Shown here piece after piece: positions 1 through 11,753 of a stretch of 55,106 nt of DNA. A program made the position numbers and the translations under genes. This DNA is from an uncultured Gemmatimonadaceae bacterium (GTDB taxonomy: Bacteria > Gemmatimonadota > Gemmatimonadetes > Gemmatimonadales > Gemmatimonadaceae). The notes beneath the pieces are model-generated. The model was not told the DNA's origin and did not search any database. It was given only the letters and a program-made list of their open reading frames with translations. Location of the stretch: positions 1-55,106 of the forward strand of contig CAWGJO010000043.1 in the NCBI GenBank assembly GCA_963822945.1, given 5' to 3'. Position 1 is the first letter of the stretch. Each line of letters begins with the position of its first letter.

Positions 1-15
1 GTGCTGACGGGTCAT
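1..15 (-). CDS. 5' end of a gene running off the left edge
   Basis: ATG at 15-13 preceded by GAAGGAG RBS on the minus strand. Confidence 0.4.
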
Positions 16-235
16 GGGGCACTCCTTCGCAATTCACGGCGGCAGCGCTTCGCCTGCCGCCGGCGCTCTTGGGTCGTTCGCAATCACGAGTCACTCTCCA
101 CGGGGTTCCGCCCTTCACTGCCCCGTGACGCTGCTGGGGCGTGAGCGCGGACCCGACCGGGCACCGAATCGCACTGCTCAAGCGGCCTGCAGTGCCCGTT
201 TGCCACTCCTCTCCCGAGATTCGTACATTCGCTCC

Positions 236-802
236 GTGGCAACCGACCCCACCCGACTCTCCACGATCGTCGGCGCCGTCAACCTCAGCGACCCCGAACA
301 GGCGGCGCGGGTGATGCCGCTCGTATACGACGAGTTGCGACAACTCGCGCGCCGCCGCCTTCGCGGCGAACGCGCGGACCATACGTTGCGCCCCACGGCC
401 CTGGTGCACGAGGTGTACGTCCGCCTCGCCGACGCCGGCACCCTCTCCGTCACCGGCCGCCGCCACTTCCTGCAACTCGCCGCGCGGGCCATGCGTCAGA
501 TCCTGGTGGATGCCGCGCGAACGCGGAAGGCCGAGAAGCGCGGGGGCGACTGGCAGCGCGTCACGCTCGACGGCGACCTGGCCGGCGCGGAGCAGAACCC
601 CTGGGACGTGATCGACCTGCACGACGCCCTCTCCCGGCTGGCCGAGCTGGCCCCTGAACTCGAGCGTCTGGTGGAACTGCGCTTCTTCACGGGACTTACG
701 GTCGACGAGGCCGCCGAAACGCTCGGCATCTCCCCCCGAAAGGCCGCCAAGGACTGGGCCGCCGTCCGCCTCTGGCTTCGCCGGGAGTTGTCCGCCGGCT
801 GA
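236..802 (+). CDS. ECF RNA polymerase sigma factor (STK-associated, TIGR02999-like)
   Basis: Motifs PLVYDELRQLA, HTLRPTALVHEVY, RQILVDAAR..KRGG, VELRFFTGLT..EAAETLGIS; GTG 236 chosen as start. Confidence 0.9.
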   Translation: MATDPTRLSTIVGAVNLSDPEQAARVMPLVYDELRQLARRRLRGERADHTLRPTALVHEVYVRLADAGTLSVTGRRHFLQLAARAMRQILVDAARTRKAEKRGGDWQRVTLDGDLAGAEQNPWDVIDLHDALSRLAELAPELERLVELRFFTGLTVDEAAETLGISPRKAAKDWAAVRLWLRRELSAG

Positions 803-894
803 GCCGGGGCGTGCAGTCTCCTGCTCGTTTTTCCGCATCAGGTAGGTAGCGGCCTCCCGCCCGCCGCAGCACACCCGATGCAGAGGAGCAGACC

Positions 895-2829
895 ATGTCC
901 CCGCACACACCTCGTCACCACGCCACGCGCGCCGCCGCGCCCCGCACGAATTCCTTCACCGCACTGGCCGCCGCGCTCGCCGTGCTGCTCGTCGCGGCCT
1001 GCAGCAGCGCGACCTCGGAGCCGTCCACGTCCAAGACGCCTCCCCCGCCGCCGGTGATCAAGGCTGCGCCGTTCACCTGGTCCATGCCCGCCCGCTTCGG
1101 CCAGGACGCGAACCACGATGGTCTGATCGACTATCCCGACTCGGCGCAGATCCACCCCGCGTCGTGGACCGTGAACTTCGACGCCTGCAACACCACGGGC
1201 AGCAAGTACGAGTGGTACGTGGACAGCGCCTCGGTGGGGTCGACGAGCAACTGCAAGTTCTCGCACCAGTTCCCGGCCGAGGGGAGCTACGACGTGGCGG
1301 TCAACGTCACCGGCGTCGCCGATACGACGCTGCGCTCCGAGGAGAAGGTGGTGGTGCAGGACTTCCTCATCCTCTCCATCGGCGACTCGTATGGATCCGG
1401 CGAGGGGAATCCGGACGTCCCCGTGGAGACCGACGCGGCCATTGCCAAGGTCGAGGCGGCGATGACCCAGCTCGCGGACGCGCAGCAGCAATTGCAGGCC
1501 GCGCAGCAGAGCCTTCAGAGCGCGCTGTCGGCCAAGGGACTCGCCCAGACCGCATACGACAACGCCGTCCAGACGTACAACGCGTTCAAGTCTGCCTGCA
1601 GTACGCTCATCTCGTCGTCGTGCGTGACCTTCCTGGCAGCGAAGGCGCTGTCGTTTCTCAGCCTGGATGCGGCCCGCACCTACTTCAATCAGATCGTCGC
1701 CAACACGAAACAGCGCCTGACCGATGCGGAGACTGCCGTCACACATGCGCAGCAGGCCGTGAGCAGTGCGCAGGCCGCCGTGACCAGCGGGCAGGCCGCC
1801 ATCGCCACGCTGCAAGCCGGCCTCCCCGCCGCGCGGTGGCACGCCAAGTACCCCGTCGAGACGTACGATCAGGCCGATCTGTGCCACCGCTCGGCAAACG
1901 CGGCCTCGGCGCAGGCCGCGCTCGCGCTCGAGAACGCCGATCCGCACACGTCCGTGACGTTCGTGCATCTGGCCTGCTCCGGCGCCAAGATCGAGGGCGG
2001 CGGCCAGGCCATCGACCAGCAGATTCGCTGGGCAGACGCGCTCATCGGGCACCGGGAGATCGACGCGGTCATCGTCTCCATTGGGGGCAATGACCTCGGA
2101 TTCTCCAAGCTGGCCACCGCGTGTGTCGAGCAGCAACCCTGCTACTCCCTCAAGCCGGTCATCGACCCCACGAACTGGGTGAAAGCGTGTGCGCTGCTCT
2201 CCCTCCTGCCCAACAGTGGCAGCAAGTGCACCGACTTCTTCCAGAAGAACACCATTGCGATTTCGGCCAAGCAGTTCGTGGACAGTACGACCGCGACGCT
2301 CCCCTCGCATTACGCAACGCTGGGTACCGCGGACCTTCCCAACCTCTGGGGACTCATCCGTCCGGGCACGACCACCGACACCGTTCGCGACAACCGGGTG
2401 TACATCACGGAGTACGGGAACCTCACCAAGGACGATGCCGGCAACTACTGCACCATCGACCCGACCGATCCGCTGGGCACCATGGCCGGCGTCTCCGTGA
2501 AGGAGATGGCGTGGCTGGACACGACGGCCGAGGCGGACCTCAACGGGGACATGCGGGCGGCGGCGAACACGTACGGGTGGAACTTCGTGAGCGGCATCTA
2601 CGCGGGGTACACGGACCACGGCTACTGCGCCCACGACCACTGGATCACGCGGCTGGACGAGACGTTCCTGCGACAGGGCGACATGCAGGGCATGGCCCAC
2701 CCCGACGCCGAGGGTCAGCAGTTCACCGGCGGAGCCATCTACCAGGCGCTGATCAAGGATCTCTATCCCAACGGCATCCACGCGCTGCCGCGCGCGCCCG
2801 ACCAGGCCGGCTCGCGCGCCGGAGGGTAA
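895..2829 (+). CDS. Lipoprotein with PKD-like domain and SGNH/GDSL hydrolase with coiled-coil insertion
   Basis: Lipobox LVAAC; GDSYGSGEG (block I), ACSGA, SIGGND (block III), AHP (block V); RBS GAGGAG. Confidence 0.75.
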   Translation: MSPHTPRHHATRAAAPRTNSFTALAAALAVLLVAACSSATSEPSTSKTPPPPPVIKAAPFTWSMPARFGQDANHDGLIDYPDSAQIHPASWTVNFDACNTTGSKYEWYVDSASVGSTSNCKFSHQFPAEGSYDVAVNVTGVADTTLRSEEKVVVQDFLILSIGDSYGSGEGNPDVPVETDAAIAKVEAAMTQLADAQQQLQAAQQSLQSALSAKGLAQTAYDNAVQTYNAFKSACSTLISSSCVTFLAAKALSFLSLDAARTYFNQIVANTKQRLTDAETAVTHAQQAVSSAQAAVTSGQAAIATLQAGLPAARWHAKYPVETYDQADLCHRSANAASAQAALALENADPHTSVTFVHLACSGAKIEGGGQAIDQQIRWADALIGHREIDAVIVSIGGNDLGFSKLATACVEQQPCYSLKPVIDPTNWVKACALLSLLPNSGSKCTDFFQKNTIAISAKQFVDSTTATLPSHYATLGTADLPNLWGLIRPGTTTDTVRDNRVYITEYGNLTKDDAGNYCTIDPTDPLGTMAGVSVKEMAWLDTTAEADLNGDMRAAANTYGWNFVSGIYAGYTDHGYCAHDHWITRLDETFLRQGDMQGMAHPDAEGQQFTGGAIYQALIKDLYPNGIHALPRAPDQAGSRAGG

Positions 2830-2959
2830 CGACGGCCTGACACCCGGGCCCCCGCGCCCGGCGCGATTGCGGCACGAGAAGGGGAGGGATACGTTCGGGC
2901 CACGGGGCCGCGGCCCGCATCCGGGGCCCCGTTCCCTTCCCTTTTCCGTCGCGCTCGCC

Positions 2960-5399
2960 ATGGACCGTGACACGTTTCGGCGCCTCATCGACGCCGTGGG
3001 TCAGGCAATGGAACGGAGTCCGGACGACCGCGACGGCTTTCTCGCCGACGCGCTCGCCGACGACCCCGGGCTCCTGGCGGAAGCACGGGCGCTGGCCGCC
3101 GAGGCCGACGCAACTTCGCTCGACCTGGCGACGGCGCGGGTGGAGTCCATGGTGGACCGCGCGGCCGCCACCGCCCTGCCGGCGCCGATTCCGCCGCCCG
3201 CGCACATCGGCCCCTACGAGATCGTCCGCCAACTCGGCCACGGCGGCATGGGCGTGGTGTATCTCGGGCGGCAGAGCGCCCCCCTCCAACGCGACGTCGC
3301 CATCAAGGTCATCCGGCCGGGCACGGCGGATCCGGAAACGCTCGCCCGCTTCTCCATCGAGCGGCAGGCGCTGGCGCGCATGGCGCACCCCGCCATCGCC
3401 CGCGTGTTCGACGCGGGAACCACGGAGGCCGGCCTGCCCTATTTCGTCATGGAGTTGGCGCAGGGGCCGCCGATTACCGATTACTGCGACGAGGACCAAC
3501 TGGATCTCGATGCGCGGCTCGACGCTCTTCCGAACCGTGTGCGAGGCGGTCCACCACGGGCATCAGCGCGGAATCATCCACCGCGACCTCAAGCCCTCCA
3601 ACGTGCTCGTGACCCGGGTGGAGGGGCGCGCGATGCCGAAGGTGATCGATTTCGGCATCGCCAAGGCGGTGAACGGTGCGCAGGACGGCGAGAGCGTCCA
3701 CACCCGCGCCGGCGCCATCGTCGGCACGCTGGACTTCATGAGCCCCGAACAGATCCGCGGAGACGGCGACGCAGTGGACGTCCGCTCGGACGTCTACTCG
3801 CTCGGCGTGATCCTCTATCAACTCGTTTCCGGGCGGCATCCCTACGACGATTCGGGGATTCACCGCGTCGGGTTGCTCGAGGCGCAGCGCATCATTCTGG
3901 AAACGGATCCACCGCGCCCGAGCCGCCACCCGCACAGCGATCCGCGCGTCGCGTCGCCGGAACGCGGGTCCCGGATCGGGCGGCAGCGCCGGCGCCGGCA
4001 GGAGCTGGACTGGATCGTGATGAAGGCGCTGGAGAAGGACCCCCAGCGCCGCTACCAGTCCGCCCTCGCGCTGGCCGAAGACCTGGACCGGTACGCGCAC
4101 GATCGTCCGGTGCGCGCGGGACCGCCGGGGCTCGCCTACCGCACGCGCAAATTCGCCCGGCGCCACCGGCTCGGCATCACGGCGGGCGGCGTCATGGCGT
4201 TCGCACTCGCCGCCGGCACGGTGGCCGCCTCCACGGGCTTCGTGCGCGCCCGGGCCGAGGCGCGGCGCGCCCAGGCCACCAGCGACTTCCTCGCCAACCT
4301 CCTCGCCTCGGTGAGCCCCGACAAGCAGGGGCGCGCGGTGACCGTGCGCCAGGTGCTCGACTCCGCGCGGCGCCGCCTGCTGGCCGGCGAGTTCGCCAAC
4401 GATCCCGAAACGGAGGCGTCGCTGGCGCTGGTCATCGGTCAGAGCTACGGCGGCCTGGGACAGTACCGGGAGGCCCGCCCCCTGATCCAGCGCTCGCTCG
4501 ACCTGCGCCGCACCCTGTACGCGCCCGACGACCCGCGCGTCGTGGAATCCCTCTACGCGCTCGGCACCGTGGAATGGCATCAGGGCGACCTCACGCATGC
4601 CCTGGCCGTGCGCCAGGAACTCGCGCGACTCACGGCGCGCCATGCCGACACCGATCCCATCGACCACGCCGAGTCGCTGAGCAATCTCGGCAACACATAC
4701 GCCGACCTGGGACAGTCCGACCGCGCGGTGACGTATCTGCGCCAGGCGGTGGCGCTGGCGCGCCGTGCGCACGGCGACAGCGCGCAACTCGGCCTCGCCC
4801 GGTTCCTCAACAACCTGGGCTCGGTGTACTTCGACCAGCAGCGCTTCGACAGCGCCGCCCATGCCTTCGAAGACGCGCGGCAGATTCGCGCGCGGCTGCT
4901 CGGCGAGCACAGCGACGTCTATGCCATCACCCTGATGAACCTCGGCAACGCGACGCTGCATCTCGGCAAGCTCGCCGACGCCGAGCGGATCCTGCGCCAC
5001 GACGTGAGCCTCGAGGAACAGATCTTCGGCAGCGACCACCCCACCACGGCGTACGCGTACGCGGGGCTCGCCGAGACGCTCCTGCGCCAGGGACATCCGG
5101 ACAGCGCCGAGGTGTACATCCGGCGCGCGCTCGCCATTCGGGTGGCGCACGCCACCGACCCGTACTGGCGGGTGGCCATCGCGCGCCGCCAGTTGGCCGA
5201 TGTGCTCATTGCCGAGCACCGGCTGGCCGACGCGGAAACCCAGCTCCGCACCGCGTGGCAGGGGCTGGCTGCGGCCGGCGAGACGTCGATGCCCCAGGCC
5301 CGGGATGTCGCGCGCGACATGGCGCGGGTGCAACAGCTGCGCGGCGATTCGGCGCAGGCGACGACCTGGGAGGAGCGGGCCGCCGACGTGAGATACTAG
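2960..5399 (+). pseudogene. Ser/Thr protein kinase with C-terminal TPRs, frameshifted near 3520 (possibly sequencing error)
   Basis: LGHGGMGVVY and VAIK in one frame; HRDLKPSN, DFGIAK, DVYSLG, TM and TPRs in the other frame. Confidence 0.85.
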
Positions 5400-5490
5400 G
5401 CGGCGCTCAAGACCGAGACGCGCGTGCACGTGAAGGCGGCCATCGAGCGGGCGCGCGCGGAAGTCGCGACGCGTCGAGCGTGGGCCGGCC

Positions 5491-6138
5491 CTACGCCTCC
5501 AACACCAGTACTTCCGACGGCACGCCGAAGGGAGCAACTACGCGCCGGTGCACGATCTGCCACCGTCGGGCGTCGACGAACGCCTCGAGGTGGATAGGGC
5601 GGCACCCGCCGACGATGGCCGGGCGCAAGCTGAACACCGCCGACCAGAGAGACGAGACCATTCGTGACGGGAGGTGCTCGCCCCGCGTGAGACTCGCGAG
5701 GCAGAGCCGGCCGTGCGGCGTCAGCGCACGGTGCGCCTCCGAGAAGAAGCGCCCGATGTCTTCCGCCGAGAGCAGATCCAGCACGTAGCAGCAGACGACG
5801 CGGTCAACCGAATGATCCGCAAGCGGGAACCGCACCGCGCCATCGACCCGCGCCACCTCCGAGCGCTCGCCGTACGCCGCCAGCCGGTGTTTCGCGAGTT
5901 CGACCATCACGGGGCTGATGTCGCAGCCGAGGTAGGTGGCCGACGACGGCAGGTGACGTTCGAGCAGTCGGGCGGCCAGCTTGCCCGTGCCGCAGCCGAA
6001 CTCGAACACCCGTTGCGCCGTCTCGAAGCCGGCATGGGCGATCAGGTCGTCGAGCGCCGGATCCTCGTAGAAGCCCTGGCTGTCCTGCTTCTTCCCGAAG
6101 CGATCGTAGTACGCCTGCGCCGCCGCCGGACTCAGCAC
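5491..6138 (-). CDS. Class I SAM-dependent methyltransferase
   Basis: VFEFGCGTG motif I, GCDISP, FPLADHSVD. Confidence 0.85.
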   Translation of the reverse strand: MLSPAAAQAYYDRFGKKQDSQGFYEDPALDDLIAHAGFETAQRVFEFGCGTGKLAARLLERHLPSSATYLGCDISPVMVELAKHRLAAYGERSEVARVDGAVRFPLADHSVDRVVCCYVLDLLSAEDIGRFFSEAHRALTPHGRLCLASLTRGEHLPSRMVSSLWSAVFSLRPAIVGGCRPIHLEAFVDARRWQIVHRRVVAPFGVPSEVLVLEA

Positions 6139-6201
6139 CCGACCACGGGCGCGGGGGCCTGGGTGTCCGGAACTCCGCTCATCCAGCCGTCCTCGGTCAC
6201 C

Positions 6202-6963
6202 TCAGAAGCCCCGGGAGACCGAAACGACCGCATAGTGGAGCCACGCGAAGGTGTACACCGACGACACGTCGGCCCCGCCTTCCACGGTGCGGTATCCCGC
6301 CGCCAGGGTCCACTGCCTCCCCACGTCGTATCCGACCTTCAGCGCCACGTCCTCGGCGCGGCCGGGTCCTCCCGCCAGCGCGTCGGCGTCGACAATGAAA
6401 TGCCAACGCCCGCCCAGGCGCCCGTCGCCCGCCACGTGGAGAAGCGGAACGAAGCCAAAGTCGTCCTTCCGACTCGTGGTGCTCCCCTGCCGCAACTCGA
6501 TCCTGGCATCGCGGATCTTGGCCGTGCCGCCCACCCACCAGGTCCAGCGCGGGTCGTGGTGAAACCGCCAACTATACGTCAGGCGGTACGAGTTGAACCG
6601 GTACGTGGCCCGGGTCGGGACGGCCGGCGCGTACTGGGCGCCGGCGAAGTCGATGGTCCGGTCGAGAACGCCCGTCCCCGAGATGGAGAGGGGAGCCACC
6701 AGCAGGCGCAGCGCGTGGCGGTCGTTGATGTTCCACCTGAAATACACCCGCCCCACCGCCCAGGGACCGCTTCCCACTACGCTGCGCAGGGAGAACTTCG
6801 TGGCCGGCGGCTCGTTGGGGATGCGCACGTCATTGCGCGTCTGCCAGACCGGCGACGCCTCGACCTCGACGACGAACCGGGGGGTGGGGGGCGACTGCGC
6901 GGCGGCCCGGTGCGGCAACAGCCAGGCCCCCGCGACGATGACGACGGACACCAGCGTTCGCAT
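6202..6963 (-). CDS. Putative outer-membrane beta-barrel protein
   Basis: Signal peptide (..AAA-Q), alternating beta-strand pattern, C-terminal Phe. Confidence 0.6.
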   Translation of the reverse strand: MRTLVSVVIVAGAWLLPHRAAAQSPPTPRFVVEVEASPVWQTRNDVRIPNEPPATKFSLRSVVGSGPWAVGRVYFRWNINDRHALRLLVAPLSISGTGVLDRTIDFAGAQYAPAVPTRATYRFNSYRLTYSWRFHHDPRWTWWVGGTAKIRDARIELRQGSTTSRKDDFGFVPLLHVAGDGRLGGRWHFIVDADALAGGPGRAEDVALKVGYDVGRQWTLAAGYRTVEGGADVSSVYTFAWLHYAVVSVSRGF

Positions 6964-7094
6964 ACCCTGAACCATGCGGGGCACCCGCTCAGAAAGCAAA
7001 CGTCATCCCGCCCCGAGCGCGTGTACGGCGGCCCCCAGGTCGCCATGATCCACGCGCACGTGCCGTGCCCGGCCCCAAGCCGGGCCCACCCACG

Positions 7095-8508
7095 TCAGGG
7101 GAAGATTCCCAATTCCGAATATGAGAGGGCAATCTTGTCGATGACGTGTACGAACGCCGCGGTGCGAAGACTACTTCCGTTCGGGAGCCGGCGCTGCGAT
7201 TCCACGATCTCACGATACGCGACCACCATCGTCTCTTCCAGGCCGGAGTTCACGAGGTCTGCTTCGTCCGCTCCGTGTACGATCGCGTCTCGATCCGCTC
7301 CGGAAAAGTGCGTACCCGTTGCTTGCTCAATGGCGCCCAGGAGACGGTTCTCCGCCATCTCCTCGTAACGCTTTCCGATTCGGCCAAACCGCACATGAGA
7401 CAGGTTCTTGAGCCATTCGAAATAGGAGACGGTGACCCCACCGGCGTTCGCATAGAAATCCGGAATCACCAGGATCCCCTTCCCCGCGAGGATGTCTTCC
7501 GCTTCGGGGGTCGTTGGGCCGTTGGCGCCTTCGAGCACGATCCTGGCCTTTACTCTGGGCGCATTTTCGGCGGTCAACTGCCGCTCCAGCGCCGCAGGAA
7601 TCAGCACATCACACTCCAACTCCAGCGCGTGGGCCGTGTCGGGGATATTGGTGGCGCCAGGGAAGTTCAGGATCGATCCCGTCGCTTTGCGATGTTGAAA
7701 CACCTCCGCCTCATTCAAGCCTTTCCAGTCAAGGATGGCGCCTTCCATCTCCGCGATCGCGACGACGGTGGCGCCCGCCTCGCGGCAGAACTTCGCCGCG
7801 TGATATCCAACATTGCCAAGCCCCTGCACGACCAGACGCTTGCCCTCGATTCCCGGCGATAGCCCGAGTTGCCGCATTCCCTCTTCTTGTGCACACGCTT
7901 CCCGCAGCGCGTAGTACAGGCCCCGTCCCGTTGCTTCACGACGGCCGCGAATACCGGATTGCGATACGGGTTTGCCCGTCACGCAGGCCGAGCCGTTGAT
8001 CTCTCCGGGATTCAGGCGCCATGTAGGTATCGACAATCCAGGCCATTTCCCGTTCGCCGGTTCCGTAGTCGGGCGCCGGAACATCGAGGCCGGGTCCGAT
8101 CAGATTCTTCTTCATGAGTTCGTGCGTGTACCGCCTGGTGATGCGCTCGAGTTCCTCCATGCCGTAGTTCTTGGGATCGATCCGTATCGCTCCCTTCGCG
8201 CCGCCGAAGGGCACGTCCACGAGCGCGCACTTGTAGGTCATGAGCGCCGCAAGGGCCATGACCTCGTCTTCGTCCGCCGCCGAGCTGTAGCGGATTCCGC
8301 CCTTCACCGGAAGCTTGTGGTGGCTGTGCTCGGCCCGCCATGCAGTGATGACCTCGACGCTGCCGTCCGCCTTCCGGTGCGGAAACTCGAAGCGGTAGAC
8401 GCTGTTGCACGCCTTGATGTGGTCCAGCAGGCCCCGGGGATGGTTGGTGAGCGACGCGGCGCGATCAAACGCGCGCTGGACGCCATCGAGAAAACTGGGA
8501 TTCGGCAT
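7095..8508 (-). pseudogene. gdhA: Glu/Leu/Phe/Val (glutamate) dehydrogenase, frameshifted near 8017
   Basis: [20 protein letters not shown] in 5' frame; [32 protein letters not shown] in 3' frame. Confidence 0.9.
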
Positions 8509-8770
8509 GACATGCCCCCGCATGTAGGCAGCGTGCAGGTTCGAGCGCCCGACTCTCACAGGCAGTTCAATCGCACCCGTGAGAGTATGGGGGACACCGC
8601 AGACAGCGGCAACTGACGGGGATTCTTCGTCTTGGACGGCGAGACGCGACGCCGCGCACCTGGCCATCGCGCGATAGGCGCCATCGTACCAGCGGTTGCC
8701 CTCCTCGGCCTCGTCCCGCCATATCTCATGGGCGTGATTCACCTTCCTGACCCCGGGATCCCAGACGCAC

Positions 8771-11110
8771 ATGGCCCACGTCTCCCATCGGCTCTCCAAC
8801 GCCTTCCAGGGCGCCCTCGCCGGTGGCGGCGACCCGGCCACCTCCCCCCTCTACGTCTTCGGCCCCTTCCTCAAGCTGATCGTGGTCGCCGGGGTCGCCG
8901 AGGTCACCTTCGGCGCCAGCATCTGGCTCGTGGTCTTCACGGTCGTCATGGTGTCGGCGATGTACCGGCTGGTGATGCGCTGGGTGGTGGACGGGAGCGG
9001 TGGCAGCGGCCTCACGGAGGAGGAGTTCGGTTCGTGGGCGGTCAAGGTGAATGCCGGCATCACATTTGTCGAATACACCCTGACCTTCCTGGTGAGCATC
9101 GCCGCGCTGGTCACCTTCCTGGCGGACCGCGCGCCCGCCCTCAACGACGCGCTGGCGGGGCTGCCGCTCCGGACCGTCGTGGCGATCCTCTTCAGCCTCG
9201 GGATCGGAGTCCTGGTCAACCGTGGTCCGAAAACAGCCGCGCGCGCCTTCGGTCCCGCCACGCTGGCCGTGCTGGTTCTCCTCTGGGTGATGATCGGGGC
9301 GACGATCTGGCAGCGCGGCTTTCACCTGCCCCCGTTCAACATCCGGGCGTTTCACGCGGACTACCTCCACTTCACGCTGGCCGGGTACGCCCGGATCCTG
9401 GCGCTGATGACGGGCATCGAGATCTTCGCCAACATGGTGGCGGCCTATGACGGTCCCGCCGCGGAGCGGAGCCGGAAGGCGTTCGGTAGCCTGATCATCA
9501 TCATGGGGACGACGTGCCTCACGATGCTCATCGTCGGACCGGACATCCTCGCCGGAGCCGACGTGGCGAACACGCACGTCTCGGTGTTCACCCAGGCCAT
9601 GGATCACCTGCTGCCCAAACCGCTGCCGTGGGTGGGCACGATGATCGGGGTGCTGGTGCTCGCCTCCGCCGCCGCCGCGAGCGCGCAGGGCATCCAGAAC
9701 CTCGCTCTCGGGCTTCGCTACCGGCACTACATCCCCGGCTGGCTCGGCGCCCGCAACCACTTCGACGTGGCCGATGCGCCGGTCTGGGTCGAGGTCGGCC
9801 TCGTCGCCCTCTGCTTCCTGGCGTTCGGCACCCACGAGGAGACCTACCTCGCCATCTACGCCGCCGGCGTCTTCATTCTGCTCAGCATGACGGGATGGGC
9901 GGCGGCGAAGCGGCTGCACCGCGAGATGGGCACGAAGTTTTCGGCGGGCGCCGCGGCTACCCTGGCGGGCACCATCCTGGCCGCGCTCCTCACCAGCGCC
10001 GCGACCCTCATCATTTTCGACGAGCGGTTTGTCGATGGGGCATGGACCTACCTCGTGTTCATCCCGGTGCTCTATTTCGTGTTCAGCCGCTACCGAAGCC
10101 AGATGGGCCCGCCGAAGCCGCTCGATGAGCACCTGGGTCGGTTCTTCGCGAGTCAGTACCTGCTGCCGCTCCAGCGGCACGACATCCCGACGGAGAATTT
10201 CGCCATCGAGCGGATCATGGTCCCGCTCGACGGGTCCGCCCTCGCCGAACACGCCCTCACGGTGGCCGAGCTGCTGGCGCGGACCACGGCCGGGCAGCTG
10301 GACCTGATGTCGGTGAGCGCGGGGGGCGGGGGCGGCGTCGCGGACGCCGCTGAGCCGACGTCGGCCCCCGAGACCTACCTCACCCGCATGGCCGAGACCC
10401 TGGGGCAGCGCGGCATTACGGTGGGAACCAGTTTTCGCAGCGGCAGCGTTGCCGAGGAGATCGGGCGCCACGGCATCGAGAGTCAGGCCGACGTGATCGT
10501 GATGGCCACGCACGGGCGCTCGCGGGTGGACAAGATCCTGGGCCGGAACATCGCCATGGCGGTGGTGCGGCAGACCGAGTTGCCGGTGCTGTTGATCCGC
10601 CCCACCGACGCCTGGCCCAGCCGGCACACCGCCTTCAAGCGGCTCCTGGTCTCCGTGGACGGGTCCGCCGACTCGGAGGACGTGCTGCCATGGGCGCGGG
10701 TCCTCGCGCGGTCGTTCCAAAGCACGCTCGTCCTCCTCACCGTCCCGGAGGCCGAGGGCGAGGTGCCGCGCCTCCGGCAATATCTCGAGTCGGTGGCCAT
10801 GGCGCTGCGGGGGATCGGCATCCCGGTGGAGATCCGGGTGACCGGCTCGGGCGCGAGCCGGACGATCGTCGACGTCGCGCAGACGGAGGAATGCGACCTG
10901 ATCATGATGGCCACCCGCGGTCGTGGCGGGCCGGAAGAGATCGGCATCGAGGTCGGTAGCGTCACCGAGCGGGTAGCGCTTTCGGCCCACTGCCCCGTCT
11001 TCACGGTGACCGTGACCGGCCTCGCGAAGCGGGGGCGCGGGGCCCGCGACGATGATCCTTCGTTGACGACGCCGTCTTCAGCGGAAGTGGCTGCGCGCGT
11101 ACGCGAGTGA
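8771..11110 (+). CDS. APC-family permease fused to two universal stress protein domains
   Basis: About 12 hydrophobic segments, then [16 protein letters not shown] and [19 protein letters not shown]. Confidence 0.8.
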   Translation: MAHVSHRLSNAFQGALAGGGDPATSPLYVFGPFLKLIVVAGVAEVTFGASIWLVVFTVVMVSAMYRLVMRWVVDGSGGSGLTEEEFGSWAVKVNAGITFVEYTLTFLVSIAALVTFLADRAPALNDALAGLPLRTVVAILFSLGIGVLVNRGPKTAARAFGPATLAVLVLLWVMIGATIWQRGFHLPPFNIRAFHADYLHFTLAGYARILALMTGIEIFANMVAAYDGPAAERSRKAFGSLIIIMGTTCLTMLIVGPDILAGADVANTHVSVFTQAMDHLLPKPLPWVGTMIGVLVLASAAAASAQGIQNLALGLRYRHYIPGWLGARNHFDVADAPVWVEVGLVALCFLAFGTHEETYLAIYAAGVFILLSMTGWAAAKRLHREMGTKFSAGAAATLAGTILAALLTSAATLIIFDERFVDGAWTYLVFIPVLYFVFSRYRSQMGPPKPLDEHLGRFFASQYLLPLQRHDIPTENFAIERIMVPLDGSALAEHALTVAELLARTTAGQLDLMSVSAGGGGGVADAAEPTSAPETYLTRMAETLGQRGITVGTSFRSGSVAEEIGRHGIESQADVIVMATHGRSRVDKILGRNIAMAVVRQTELPVLLIRPTDAWPSRHTAFKRLLVSVDGSADSEDVLPWARVLARSFQSTLVLLTVPEAEGEVPRLRQYLESVAMALRGIGIPVEIRVTGSGASRTIVDVAQTEECDLIMMATRGRGGPEEIGIEVGSVTERVALSAHCPVFTVTVTGLAKRGRGARDDDPSLTTPSSAEVAARVRE

Positions 11111-11227
11111 TCCGAAGGACGCGTTCCCCGGTCAGGGCCGGCAGAAGCCGGACCAGGCGGAGCTCACCTGGCCGATCGAGTTCGCATGCGAGGCGCTCGG
11201 GATCTCGCGCCGTGGGTTCTACGCGTG

Positions 11228-11367
11228 GCACCGACGCGTTCGACCACATCGAGCGGTTCTACAATCCGATCCGACGGCATTCCACCTTGGGCAATCGCAG
11301 TCCCGTCGCGTTCGAGCAGGCAGCAGCAGTCGCTCAACTCACCGTGCACGGAATCCAGTACCGCTCA
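11228..11367 (+). mobile_element. IS3-family remnant (transposase C-terminus and probable right end)
   Basis: Translates FDHIERFYNPIRRHSTLGNRSPVAFE, a typical IS3 OrfB end; followed by GTGCACGGAA...CTCA. Confidence 0.7.
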
Positions 11368-11628
11368 CTTCTTCGACTTCTTCCTGGAAGGCGTCTGAGA
11401 GAGAGCGCTCCCCGCCGCGGACTTCGAAGACTTGGACGTTCGGCCGTCACGGAGAGTTCTCGAGGCCGCACGCGCTGCCTTGGGTCTTGTCTGCCGCTTG
11501 GGAGTCCCCGTCTGAGACAAGGCGCTCCCGGCAGCACTCTTCGTGGCCTTGCCTGTCTTCTTGCTCCTCAGCGCTTTCGACGCACTGGTCGATGCCTTCT
11601 TGCCGGTAGTCCGCGTATTCGCTGCCAT
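11365..11628 (-). CDS. Small basic protein with duplicated KSAAGSALSQT motif
   Basis: 87 aa, Lys/Arg/Ser/Ala rich, RBS GAGGAGG. Confidence 0.75.
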   Translation of the reverse strand: MAANTRTTGKKASTSASKALRSKKTGKATKSAAGSALSQTGTPKRQTRPKAARAASRTLRDGRTSKSSKSAAGSALSQTPSRKKSKK

Positions 11629-11753
11629 GGTGTTCCTCCTCGGAATGTACCTGCCAGCTACTATGCCCCAGAGTTGCGACTCCTCTCGGCCATAGAATGG
11701 CTACTGGGTCTACGGCGCCACCGCCAGCAGCGAATGGATGTCGGGCGACGCGC

